Of a stretch of 64,000 bases of DNA, positions 23,901-36,960 are shown in pieces. The position numbers and the translations under genes are program-made. The stretch comes from Pocillopora damicornis. Taxonomy: Eukaryota. The notes under the pieces are model-generated. The model had not been told where the DNA came from, ran no database searches, and was given only the letters and a program-made list of their open reading frames with translations. The stretch is taken from NCBI RefSeq assembly GCF_003704095.1, contig NW_020846824.1, positions 186,001-250,000 on the forward strand, in the 5' to 3' direction. Within the stretch, counting starts at the first letter, position 1. Each line of letters opens with the position of its first letter.

Positions 23901-26900
23901 GCACCAGTCACAAATAACTCAAATACACTCGAAATGAGCGCAATTTTCCTCTGATTACAGTGAGGTGAAAACAAAAGTTGGAAGATACCGGTTTGAATTA
24001 AATTTGTTTCTTGGTTTTCACAGCATGAGATTTTAAACAAAAAGCAGAAAGGAATTGTGAGGAAAATTTGATTGCGGTGGGCACAGGAGGAATTCGTTAA
24101 TAAGTAGTTCGTGATCGGCGTGAAACCTTCAAAATGTTAGACTACTTACTGGGAACAGTTAGATTCAACTTGATCAGAAATCAATTATTCTTTTAAGCTC
24201 AAATTTAACAATCAAGTAATAATCTCCTCATCTGGGCTTTTCAATTCAACACGTTTAATTTTTAAAATGAGGTTTTGAAAATAGATTTGCATACCTAACG
24301 ACCGTCAAATTTAAAAGAAGACTTTTTCAAGAAAGCGGTGTGTAAGGGAAACAATTATTACATCATAAAAGTATTTAATACGCACTGTAATGCAACTTAA
24401 AAAAGGCTTAATTCATGACTGACCAAAAGAATTAAGAATAGCTAAGACCTCTTCCAATAAATATTACTAATTAAACGTTGAGTTTGGATCCTCCAATATT
24501 ATAGTGCTGTTATTTTTCTGTTCGCTACAGGACACCACGGTGACTCGCTGGTTATTTATGGTTTTCACAACAATTTCTGTACACCTACGTATCACGGCGC
24601 GGCATGTGGTTTGGCCATTATAACGAAAAATAAAAGTGGCTATAGCTGCTTCACGTTTCCTTCGTTAAATTTTCATTTTTTCGTGCATTCATCTTTTCAT
24701 TTATTCAATCATTTGTTTCATGCATTCGTTCGTTTATTGGCGCCAGTTCGTTAGGACTTAAAATCACTGTTTCTTGTTGAGAGTCCTTATATTCCGTGAG
24801 TTGCTATGGATGTTATGCAAATCATTTAAAAGGGTTCAGCTGTAGAATTATCAAATACATGTACATGACCTCCCCAACATCCAAAGAATCAGCAATAAAG
24901 GTACGGTGTGTTTTACGTGACGCACGAAACAGAAAATATTACATTTATCGTGAGAATTTATCGTCAAGGTGGTTTCAAACTTAAGAGGCCGTGAGTGCCA
25001 TCGTTGAGAGATTCATGCCGTTGGTGTACTTAGCTAAGTGGCGAGCGAAAAATCTTCCAGTGGGGGTACAGCTTTCCTACTGTATGGACGTTTTACTAGA
25101 AATTTTAAATATTTCCAAGGAAACATGATATGGCATTCCTCGCTTATTAATAATTGAATTATCCAATCACGTAAAGGAGTAGAGGCACCATTGTGCCGCA
25201 AATGTCCACTACTGCATCGCAGCTGTGTTTGCTATCGGGTCATAGTACTAATTCACAGTGAAAAGCAGAAACAAATTGGGTTCGTAGGCTAGAGTTTTAC
25301 ATCTGGACTCGTTTTCGATCCCTAACTGATCGCGGTAGTTGTTTCACGGGTGAGTTGATCCAAGTTTTCTTTTTTAATGTATATAAAATGGGCCTTTAAC
25401 TGATTCTTCCGCAGCTCAGGTAATTCGATGCTTCCTATACTTAGCTGGATAGACTTTTAAAATATAATGGCTTTTTAGAATCTGTTTCCGATACGAATGC
25501 AAAAACACTGGCTTGATTTTACAGCATAATTTTGTAAAGTATACAATGAATTATTTTCAGTCTAAACTAATTTCGAAAGCTACCTTCGGTAACCAAATCG
25601 GCGTCAGTCGAGGTTATGTATTAAAGGTTCGGTACGATTAATTGCACGAAAACAATACGTCACCAGAGATTATTCTTTTTGTGCAAGTAAATATTATATC
25701 ATGTTATTTGTGTTTGTGGTTTTTGGTTATTGTTCGGCGTTTCAAAGCAAGATAGCACCGTTCATTCAGTCGGTTTATCTTAAAGCTTCATTCTTTTTTT
25801 CTCCTTCAATAATTTGAATTTAAGTGATTTCCGATAATACAAGTTTTATGAAAATAACTTTGATTCGCCAACAAGAGCACTGAATGAAAAGATGGCTATG
25901 AGCCATTTTTTCTTTTATTCGTTCGACGACGCACAAAGAAAATTGTTGGACGTGGAATCAGCTTAGGGTAGTTGATGATATTTTCATCAAGCTATGCCCT
26001 TTGCCACAGGAATCAGAAAAGGGTTCTTTTGGTGATTTCCTTTNNNNNNNNNNTTATGGCATGTCGAAAGAAGAATCTCATTTCAGAGACATTTGTGTTC
26101 CAACATGGAGAGCCAAGACTGTCGAATTAACAATTTCCATGAATTTCTTTGAAGTAGCATCATTGTCACAATTCAAGCAAGGTACATTTATCACAAATTC
26201 TGACCTCTACAAGCCATTACTTCATTTTTCTGTCCACATATCCTGTAATTTCACTAATTGTAATAACTCTGAGGTCTGCTCAAGACTTGGGACTGACAAG
26301 TGCCCAATCAATACTTCAGTTAAGACGACACCATCTGTCAAAGCGTCACAAAAAAGAAAATTCATTCATTCACCGCATTAACAGTACTTTTAATTAAATT
26401 TATGTGAAAACAAGTAATGAAGCTTTCCTAAATCTTTTTTTTTTTGTTCATATACAGCAGTTTATTACGGCTGTCTGCTGTTGAATCTGTGGACAGTACT
26501 TGTAAACCACAATCTCTCAAAAAGGTAGGGCGATCGAATGGTCTTTTTTGTATTACTCTACTTTTTGGACAAGTTTGGGCTGAAGGCATCAAAAATTCCC
26601 TCAAAATAATTCAAGCGGGTTCGTAGTTATAGGAAGTGGTAGCAAGCCAGCAAATGAAAGCTGAAACACAGGCCGTACAGACAATTCCCTTCGTGTAACG
26701 TGGATACATAAATTGTATCCCAGTTTACTTTTTAGAGCTGCACACACAACGCCGTCTGTGGCCTGTTTGTCGCCTTGATCGAGTGTCAGACAGGCCTCCA
26801 GTTGCTCTCTGCGGCGAAAAGAATGGTCAGTGAGGCATCGCTTTCCTTTCCGTTTTTCTTTAAAGACGCCTAATTGAACATTCCTTCAGCTTTAAATTTT

Positions 26901-27818
26901 ACCATGATATATATATATATTTCTTTTTCCTTGTTACTCTTGTGTTATACATATTTCATGCTAGGGTTGACAAATGTCTTTTACAACATGGCCACCCAAA
27001 ATATCGGCAGAAATGTGGGACAAGAAAACGATCGTTTTCTTTCCTGACCATGATCATGATTTAGCAAGAAGTACTATAATGCAGCAAAATATTCATAAAG
27101 TTAATTATTCAGCGGTTGGCAAACACAAGGCAATTTGAAATTTCAATTTAAAGATAACTTTTTTGTGGACACAGTTAAAGGCTCAAATTTGCGGTAAAAG
27201 GGAACAGAAGCTGTAATCTTTTTTTATATTAAACTTTTGGTTATTTAGCCTGGGTATTTACATATACAAAAAATTTCAGTGACATTTTCTCTGTTGATTG
27301 ATAAGCAGGTAGTCTGCTATATGCAATTATCTGTCTGCAGGAAAGTCTTATGATAATTGACTTTGCATGAACGATTTTTATTTCAAAGGATCAAACCTGC
27401 CACAGTTCAGTTTTAGCTGTTGGATCTGTGCTAAATATAACAATATTTCGGACCACGAAGGTTTCGGGCAAAACGCTAAATAAACTGTTAGCTATCTGTT
27501 TTTTTCTCTCGATTTGGCGCAGGAACCGTGGGAGAGAGGAGATTGGGACGAGACATAGCACGTCCTACATTGTTCTGATCCAGCCCTTCTCAGACAAACC
27601 GACACTGTCGCTTTTAGCTTTCTCTCCAAGCTCTAAGGACTATAGGACAACATGATATTCTTAGGGGAGGGAATATTCTTGAAGACCCTCCAATAGGTGT
27701 AGGTATTCCGTCCGTAAAAAAGGGAAATTTAGACAGCGTTAGATTATGATTGAAGTGGTGCATGTTGGGATAGGCTGACGATTGAGGGTTTCTGCTCGGC
27801 TGAACTTGAGTATATAAC

Positions 27819-28086
27819 GGACTGGTCATCATTTATCTCCTCGGGGGGGAGGGAGTGTCGAAGAATTTTAGTTGCGTCACGCTGAATTTACCCGATAAGG
27901 CTCTGTAATAATCTTATGATCATTTCTCATTGGCAGTCAATTTTCAATAGTCCCCCCCCCCCTTATACCTTGTTAGTTACGACTGATTCCCCCCTTCCTT
28001 CCTCCTAAAAACCATGTTATCCCCCTCAAATTCCCCCAAACTCCCTATCATCCCCCTCTCAGGAGGGAAGTAATGACTGATCTCTA
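27819..28086. repeat. Interspersed element with poly-G/poly-C tracts and weak terminal inverted repeats
   Basis: GGACTGGTCATCATT ... AGTAATGACTGATCT ends enclosing G8 and C11 runs. Confidence 0.45.
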
Positions 28087-29639
28087 ACTTCCAAGCTTTG
28101 TTATTCATGCTTGATTACTGTCTCTAACTGTAACTGCTTCATCAGACGCATCAATACACTTATAATTGAATACTGTGAGCGCTGTGATTGGCTGTTGCGT
28201 TTGGGCTATGAGAATATAGACGTACAGCTGACGTCAGTGATACGCTCGCTTGAGGCTCATTTGCCATTTTACTTATTTCACTACTTTGAGTGGTCATTAG
28301 TGATTTAGAACTCAACAGACACATGGAATAATGGAACGCATCTGTTAAGCAGAGTCTCTCAAACCGTAAGAATTTCATACCTAGAGCTTGTTCCAAACTA
28401 CAACTAACATAATTAAAAATGCATGTTTAATATAATCTTTTCATCAGCATTGAGTTTTGAACAACAGGAAGTTCAAGTCATGACGCCTATAAGCAAAAAT
28501 ATTTCACCGAATCCTCCACTCTTTTAAATAACTTGAAGAACAACAAAAACAAATTTGCCATCCACTTAATCGCTGTCATCAATTATTAACTATAAACAAC
28601 ACGTCGTTGCATTTGGAAGTATAAGTATGCTATATCTGCTGACTCATTATTCATCGTCATATTTAACTGCTTCACCGAGCTCTTTGTCACAAACATTACT
28701 TACCGGATAAGAAACTTTTGCTAAGGGAAATAACTTGAACCAGCTCATTACAGGAAAACTGGTGACTCATTCCTTGACGGAAAATTTATACTCTGATCAC
28801 CGAGCCCCTTGTGTACAAGAAGAGAAAAAGACACCTAGGGACACATACGAACAGAGTACTGGGAAATTGGTTTGGTTTATTAAGGTATTATTGCTCGTTG
28901 TCAAATCAGGAAATTGCAAACCACCTTGAATTTTAAAAACGAACGTGCTTTAATAACAACATGATCATCATTTATTTAGTCAATATATATTTAGAACAGC
29001 AATGACGCAAAATATCAGGTGATATCGTGGTAAATTCATTATGTTGGAGAGTTTTTTTTTTATATTTTTCAGAATCAGGCGTCCATCAGCCGCGTAATAG
29101 CTTCATGGCAAAAGCTTGTGGTTAGCACGTTTCGCACTCTGAAAAAAGTAAAATAACAACTCGGCTGTATATCTATGATTAAAGTATAGATTTTCAATAC
29201 ACTTGTTTGCTAAGATTAAAGACTGTTGAATAAGATTACTTTACACATACGTACTATACGACATATATGTAAAATTGGCTTCCTACGGTGAAAATAACGC
29301 CAACTTTGAAACCTTTAGATTTACATTGATATTTCATTATCAATATCACCTGTTCGATGATCACATGACTGCACATGTTTGGAAAAACCATTTGTATTCC
29401 GTTTATATTTGACTGCTTGTTAGGTATTTAGGTTTCCAAGCACAATTTTAACTTACAGTTTCAGTTTCATTAACAAATTTTCTATTCAGTCTCAATCGCA
29501 AGTGTAGCAATGACTTTGAATTGACGCTCGTTACGCCGGCTGACCAAACACGGATAAAATTTTATTGATAAACCTCTTTAAAAGCGGTAGTATGCTAAAC
29601 TACTTTTCAAATTATGCGGACGAATTGTTTTTTTCCGCC

Positions 29640-29737
29640 TACGTCGGCCTTCCTGTAGAAAGCGTGTCGGAAGTTTCGTTCGAGAAGTAAGTGTGGTTAA
29701 CAGTGCGACAATCGTTCGCAAAAAGTACGGCACAAAG
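29640..29737 (+). other. Candidate non-coding leader exon of subunit 2
   Basis: CpG-rich stretch ending in the donor AAG|GTAATG at 29737/29738; it matches the unexplained acceptor at 31266. The 5' limit is a guess. Confidence 0.35.
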
Positions 29738-31319
29738 GTAATGTTCAAATCTTTATTCTAAACTTCAACGGCCATATCATAACGATACATTTACATTTAC
29801 TCTTATATGATTAGTAAACACAATGTTGTGGGATTTCTCAAATGTAAAAAAAGTAGAAGAAAAAATTTCATGCGTAAAGATGCCGCCATGTCTGCCAACT
29901 TTATTAGTATTTTTCAAGAAATGATGTTTAAGTTTTACAACTTGATGCTTCACTTGCTGTCTTCAAATTAACATTTGTGCACAGTTAAAATAGAACTTTT
30001 TCACAAGACAACTGTTAAGTTGAAATGAAAGATTCCGCTCACAGCTGAGTATTGATTCAAGCTGGCTCGTACGTGTGGATCAATTCCGTGAGTTTAAAAT
30101 GCTGACTTTCACGATTTTAAATTGTCACGTTTTTATGTTGTTTAGATTACAAATCATTTTGAATGAGATAATTATGTGGAATGGAAATATTTTATTTCAG
30201 GATTTTCTTTTAATGGGTCAAAAGACTTCGAACAAATGAAATACACAACAAGTTGGAAATTTAGGAAAAAAACAGATAGAGTAAAGCTATTACGACAAAG
30301 TCCGATGTTGTTCCCGTAAAATAAATTTGTCATCAATCGCTTAAGAGTAAAAATTCTAATCATCTGTCACATTAACAAATCAACGCACGTCTTTAGGATA
30401 TTGCCGAATATCGTTTGTAGCGCACTTCTACAAAATGGAAAAAAAAAAAAGAAAAAAATAGCGTTAAATGCATTTACTTTTTCAAATTATTTTGACTTCC
30501 TCGCAAAAAAATTGGGGCGGACCGAGCTTTAAATTTCATCGACGCCTTGAAGTCTACATCATTGTTATTCAAGCCCTAAGGCACTCGGTTTCATATCTAT
30601 GGATGAGATGCACACCTTGAATTTTACCAGATCGGTAGATTGAAGATTTCTGCGGTATGATCTAAAATTTTCACGTAATATGACTTGCGTAATTCAAAAT
30701 ATTAATCAGAAAGAAATCAAGGTAATGTCATTTTTCCGATCTTTGTTTTCATCATTAAAAACCAAATCAAGAACAAAAAGTGAAAACTCTTCAAGCGTGC
30801 AGACAGATCTTAATTTTGTGTTTGTACCAAGAGTCCGAAGTTCATAGTGTGTTCTTTCATTATCTTGGCATGTTGTTACCTTAATATAATATCGTAATTA
30901 TAGTCATGATGTATACCTGTACGGTATAACTGATCATTCTGATAAGAGATAATTTACGGTGAAAAAGCATTTTTAATCATGTTTACAGAGATAACAGAGA
31001 GACTGGAAAGGAAGCTAAGGGTTAAAAGCCTGGGAGAAGGTCTCCTTGAAGTTAAGGAAAATATGTAACAATTGTGCTCCGGCAAAAACGAATTAATAAT
31101 TATCTGAGGAACACTGAATCTGCGCGTCTGAAGAGCAGTCTCGAAAGCTTTTATATAAAAGGATCGGTAACATTTTTTTCTTCATCATTAACAGGCTTGT
31201 GGATCGATTACAAAATTTTTAGGTGGTAGTTGTCAGAAGATATAAAAGTGTCTTTGTCTCTTGCAGATATATAGTCCAGAGCGAGCTCGTCGAAATCTTG
31301 GCCAAACCGCACTGGAATA

Positions 31320-34300
31320 ATGTTACGAGTTCTTATGTTGCAAGTTGCGGTGTCCATGTTGACTTACCAAACAACTAACGGTAAGAAACAAACTCTGGAA
31401 AAGTGTAAGAAAGCTTTTAACTTGTATACCTTTCAAGTGTTTTGAATAGCGCTTGGGAAGTTTTGGCGTAAAAATATGGTTTCAGGTAAAATTAAATTAA
31501 AGCTAAATTTCTATCAGACTCCGTGGTATATCTGCTATAAAACATTTTTGGAAGGGGATGAGGCATGTTGAAATTTAGATGAGAGGGAAGTCTTAAAATA
31601 CCGATGACTCTAAAGTGGTACATTCAGGAATAACATACACCTCCATGATTTACATGATACAGTGTTGATTGAAAACAAAGTACTTGAGGTCAAATGAAAC
31701 ATTAAATTCAAAATTATGGGGGTTGATTATATTTTTAAAATGGTTTCTGTTATTTCGGTGTCTATTTTTGTTTGATTGCGTTTGCGATGTGAGTTAATGG
31801 GTTAGGTTTTTTTAACTATATAAGTACATTTGCATTAAGCTATTTCACAAATAGAAAGTTTGTTGAATGAACAAATGTAATGTACTTTCACCATATTACT
31901 TAGAACCATAGCTTTTTAGCTATCTATGGCTTCTAGAGATGAATGAAAGAAAAAAATAACGGTCAAAGTACACATCTTGAAAATATATGCACGATCCATT
32001 ACGCTAACCTGAGCTGCATGCAAGATCTCCCCCAATCGGAAAAAAAACGAATGCTCAAACATACGAACGTACTGTAAATCTATGCACGAACACACACAGC
32101 ACGAGTATAAGTAAATAGGTAAGTGAATATCTCAACACATGAATGTATTGGACCGCAACTTTTGCGTTTATTCATTAAGTTTTTGCAAATAATTAAACGT
32201 TCTTGCGTTCGACGCAGCTTTTCAACAAGTTGCCACCCAAATTATGTAATTATCAATTTAGCAAAAACCTTTAAAGCAGCAAAAATGCATGGATAAAAAA
32301 GATAGAAATATTTAATACTTTTAACTTAATCTTCTGTATTTCTTTAAAAAGCGGAAAGAAATTTCTCTCGCAACCCTCAACAGCGGTTGTTGGACGATTT
32401 ACTTGCGGGCTATGACAGAGATGGGCACCCAGGTGGCGGACAACGAGTCAAAGTGGATGTAGGCGCGAAAGTTGTACGGATTGTCAACATTGTAAGTAAA
32501 CTCACAACGGGAAGCTTTGTAGGAATATTCAATATTCAATAGCGTTGCTTTTGTGCCTGTCACTCTGATTTGTGATTGGTCCAGAAAACTCGCGCCATTC
32601 AACAGAGCCAATCAGATGCTGTACTTTAACCAATCACGATTCGGACGCTCCCTTTTCCCCGTGCTTCAGGTGCCTTGCTTTATTTTGCACTGTTCTCAAT
32701 GACAGTTGTATCATTTCTGTTTTTTAGGATTATCAATCGACATGAGCTTCAAAACAGTAAACAAAAGTAAATAAACTTGACCCCGTGCCACGGAAAGATC
32801 CAATCTCGTCTTTAGACATAACTGGAAAATTCTTGTGTTCTATTATTTTACAAAAGACCGCAAATTATAAGATTCAGACAATGTGATTAAAAACTAATTA
32901 ATACGCTTTTAATTAATTATTCTGTTAAAAATAATTCTTAATAAATTAATAAAATACTTGTTTCCACCCCTGTAGGACGAGAAGAACAATGCTTTGCAGG
33001 CTCAATGGTGGATGAAACAGGTCAGTTTTTTTAATTTGTCTCCAACAAAGCTAAGAAAAGTAACTATAAAAAGCTACAACTGTTTGAAATGCAATCCAGC
33101 CTTCATGTTGTTGCTTTTAAGATATGCTATGCTGTTTGGCTAAAATTTAACAGACTCAGTACGTAAAGCGTCGCTTGATTGCCCTACTATGACCTCTCTT
33201 AGATATTCTACTAATAACGGCAGAGTTTGTCAAAGATGGAAGAAAAACGTGGGAACGATAATTGAAATGAAACAGAGACAGCTCATCAAGCCCCTAGCTG
33301 AATTGGTCCATCATGATCAAAGGCACGCGATGCGTACAGAGGCTCATTACGCTGGTGTTGCATTTTAAAATAAACAGACCAAAAACTAGTTTTTAAACAG
33401 ATTTTGTAGACATGAGCAAGTTACAAGTTTAATTACTCTTAGGACTGGAACAATCCTGACCTCAGATGGAATCCAGACGACTATGATGGATTACAAACGG
33501 TTTATGTGGTTCCATCAAAGGTGTGGGTACCAGATGTTTTGTTGTACAACAAGTAAGTGCATGATTCTAATTTTCTTTCTAAAAGACCGCACGTTCTTGC
33601 AATCCTTCAATGAATTAATTCTTCAACCTTCTTCAGTGAGCAAGACAGAATTTCTCCTTAAGGTTTCAAAACAATATTAAGCAGAAAAGTGAAGAGAACA
33701 AAGAAAAGTATCAATTGGAGATTATATGTTGATCCAATAACAAATTCTCCAAAACCAATGAGATCTTTGGAGTAAAAGGGTGAATCTTATTATTTCCGTC
33801 GTTTAATCACGGTGTTCCTGAAACAATATTAGTGCAGAATTCGTTGTCAACCGGCAGCAAGAACTCTCAGACTTAAATTCAGTTAATTAAATCCCTGATC
33901 AACATACCAAGTAAAGTTTATTTTTCAGCGCTGACAAAGAAATGGATGCTGCTGGTGCACTGGAGAAATACAAAACCAAAATTTCCCTGTCCTATGATGG
34001 AAACAACTCGTGGATGGCGCCAGCTATGTTCCAGAGCATTTGCAAAATCGATATCAAGTATTTTCCTTTCGATGAGCAACACTGTCATATGAAATTTGCT
34101 TCCTGGGCTTATGACGTCTCAAAGCTTGACGTTTACGTCAATCCTAAAGAGACAGGTCTACAGAAAGGGATTTACCAGCCGTCCAATGAGTGGCACCTCG
34201 TTAGTGTCGATGCAGTGAGGAATGAGGTATGCACAAGTTATCAAATAGTACACTCCGTAGCACGGGCGTATTCTTGGCCACCAAACGCTCTGTGGTTCTT

Positions 34301-36559
34301 TAACAGAACTTCGGTCGCCATCTCGGGTTTTTAGGATAGAAGGAGGCTGGGAAGGGCAAGAAATTTTTGTCGATGTAAAGGAAGAAAACGGGAGGGGGGG
34401 GGTATACGCTAAAGCTTCTTCGCTAAATGTCCTGCCTTACTACCCCTACGTTAATCCTCAACCCGAATCAAACTTATTTGATCAACAAACGATCGTCAGT
34501 GTTTATCGCTAACTCGCTCTCTGTAATAAAACACTTTTGAAAGGTAGGGGTGGTAGATGATGCAAGGGAAGGGTTCGCGGGATTCAGACCCCCTTACTTG
34601 CTTGGTATGGTATGGTATGGTGACTTTATTTACACACGGCATTTCCTTCAGGTACATTTACATTCAAATAGAGAAAACTAACTACCTAACTAAACTAGAA
34701 TCTAAGGTAAAAGACTAAAATAATTACGATGAAAAGAAAACATCTGCTTTCCAAGGAGGCCGTGTGTAAAAATAATGTATAGCTGATTAAATTATTTCAC
34801 TGAATTGAAATTCAGGTCCCTTAATTTTCCCTTAAATACAGTAGGGGATGTCAATTGCCGCACCTCAAGCTGTTCCATAACNNNNNNNNNNNNNNNNNNN
34901 NNNNNNNNNNNNNNNNNNNNNNNNNNNNNNNNNNNNNNNNNNNNNNNNNNNNNNNNNNNNNNNNNNNNNNNNNNNNNNNNNNNNNNNNNNNNNNNNNNNN
35001 NNNNNNNNNNNNNNNNNNNNNNNNNNNNNNNNNNNNNNNNNNNNNNNNNNNNNNNNNNNNNNNNNNNNNNNNNNNNNNNNNNNNNNNNNNNNNNNNNNNN
35101 NNNNNNNNNNNNNNNNNNNNNNNNNNNNNNNNNNNNNNNNNNNNNNNNAAAGTATACATGCTGTCCTCATCCTTATTCCGAAGTGTTGCTGACACTAAAT
35201 CTACAACGTCACTCAAGATATTATGTCATCAACCTGGTGTTTCCATGCGCACTGATTGCCTGTATGGTGTTTTTAACGTTCGTGTTGCCTCCAGAATGTG
35301 GGGAGAGGATTTCACTATGTATCACTGTTCTTATGGCCATGACAATCTTCCAGGAACTTACATCGGAGAAACTACCACCCAGCTCAGATACATTCTTTTT
35401 GATCGGTAAGTGTGTACAGAGCACGCTAAATTTTGTCTAAAAAATACTACAACAAAAACAAGACTGCTTCGGTGACGAGTGAGCTCTCACATGGTCACAA
35501 AAGTCTCCCCTAACTTTTTAAGGAATCCATTCTGTAATACGTTTTAATTAAGTGATGAATTATCAGCGAATTAGGCAAATAGTAATCAAATATGTTATCA
35601 CTAACATTAAATTCAGAGGATACCTTGGCCCGCAAATTGCGATGGTTAGTCTAGACGGGTAGTGATTGCATGATTTTCGTCTAATATCTTTGCTGATGAA
35701 GTCCAATAAAAGTCTTAAAGAAAATGCGAAAGAGATGCATAGACATGACCAAATGACTACTTAACGAACTGACCGTGAACTAACTAGAAATCTCTTCGCC
35801 ACGAAGTTAGATTGCAAGGACGGAACCACTTATATTTTTCGACAACCAAAGACCTCTAATAGATAGATAAACACAATGAATATTTCCTCGTTACTGAATA
35901 TATTTTCAGGCACTTACTACACCGTCGCCATCTTCGAAATCGGTTTAGCGATAGCAGCCACTTGTCTCGTTCTTAACTTCTACTACAGCAAAACAAAGAT
36001 GCCCGGCTGGTTAAAAACGATTCTTCTCAGGACTCTGGCGCCCCTTGTCAGAGTAAAAGTCAAGAGAAGACGGCTTTCAGTCAAAGAGAGTCTGCGGTCA
36101 ACAGACGGCGGGCATGCGCTCGATACAATTCACAACCCAACGTTTGAAACTTTTAACCACTCGGACAATGGCCTGGCTCTGACCTGGGTTGGGGATGTAT
36201 TTGAACAAAATTCAAGTGTTTCTGTAATGTCTGTGAACTTGAGAAAAGATAGTGTCGTTGATGAAGAGATGGACTCCAAACAGAACATCAACAACTGCGG
36301 GAAGAACTGCAACGGTATTGCTGGCAAAGGCAACCATTCCATCAAACTCAAAGAAAAACTTGGTCAGGAAAAAGAAAGCACACACGAAATCATGGAACCA
36401 ACTTTGCATCAGATAATTGAATGGCAAGATGAGTGGAGAGCGGCGTCGCAAGTGTTGGACAGACTCATAATTATTTCCTCTGTGATTATCGGGTGTGTTT
36501 CTGCTGCTGTTATTTTCCTGCAAGCTCCAAGAGTGAGACAAATGCTGTCTTTTTCATAG
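31320..36559 (+). CDS. Nicotinic acetylcholine receptor-like alpha-like subunit 2, about 520 aa (acceptor of coding exon 6 hidden in an N-gap)
   Basis: Exons 31320-31380, 32352-32491, 32976-33020, 33443-33552, 33929-34226, ~35147-35405 (first 2 nt inferred from the 259-nt paralog exons), 35910-36559. Motifs VWVPDVLLYN, CKIDIKYFPFDEQHC, FASWAYD, YTCCPHPY, PPECGERISLCITVLM, ASQVLDRL. An acceptor at 31265-31266 implies a non-coding leader exon. Confidence 0.92.
32520..32735 (+). repeat. Family C repeat in intron 2 of subunit 2
   Basis: GTGATTGGTCCAGAAAACTCGCGCCA..CCAATCAGATGC..TTTTCCCCGTGCTTCAGG. Confidence 0.6.
33622..33784. mobile_element. Degenerate, internally deleted family A MITE in intron 4 of subunit 2
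   Basis: CAAGACAGAATTTCTCCTTA..GTTGATCCAATA.CAAATTCTC..GGAGTAAAAGGG matches 2431-2641. Confidence 0.7.
34603..34881 (-). mobile_element. 3' end of a non-LTR retrotransposon (L2/CR1-like) running into the N-gap
   Basis: The minus strand gives LWNSL and then, after a frameshift, EVRQLTSPTVFKGKLRDLNFNSVK* (a typical ORF2 C-terminus). Also a 12-bp inverted repeat (34629-34640 / 34759-34770), AATAAA (TTTATT at 34625-34630) and a (TACCA)n microsatellite tail. Confidence 0.7.
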
Positions 36560-36744
36560 AAAAGAGGCACCAGTAAGAAGTGTGTGAGAACAAACCCAGC
36601 ATATATGACAATGCATATTCTCTCTACTTTTCGGTGCAATAACGTGGGGATATTGTGAGGAAAGGACAACAACGTTCGATCCTGGAGAAAAAAAACAAAA
36701 GGCTTCCCTGAATTTCGGCTTTGTGTGTGAGCGGCAACAAAAAG

Positions 36745-36960
36745 TACGATGGCCCACCTCTGTCACGGCAAAAGAAATAACCTCGCGGCAAAAGAGAAAG
36801 ACTCGCGACAAAAGGAGGAACCTCACCGCAGAAAGGAAAAGACTCACGGCAAAAGAAAAAACCTCACGGCCAAGACTCACCACCGTGAGTCTTTTCCTTT
36901 TGCCGTGGGGTTTTTTCCGCGAGGTTACTTCTTTTGCCGTGACAGTTGTGAGCCACCGTA
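36745..36960. mobile_element. Foldback MITE with ~45-bp inverted arms, internal ~20-bp subrepeats and TA ends
   Basis: TACGATGGCCCACCTCTGTCACGGCAAAAGAAATAACCTCGCGG versus reverse complement of the right end TACGGTGGCTCACAACTGTCACGGCAAAAGAAGTAACCTCGCGG; repeated CTCACGGCAAAAG-like units. Confidence 0.8.

Noticed and set aside
26001-26381. 126-aa plus-strand ORF
   Set aside because: It crosses a gap, has no motif or splice support, and is probably the antisense shadow of a decayed minus-strand frame.
31127-31150. CTGAAGA..GAAA possible intact hammerhead
   Set aside because: Stem II has only one base pair and there is no stem III or cleavage triplet. No intact hammerhead was found by eye on either strand.
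34805-35216. Long ORFs spanning the N-run
   Set aside because: They are artefacts of reading through Ns; only ~35147-35405 (+) is a real exon.
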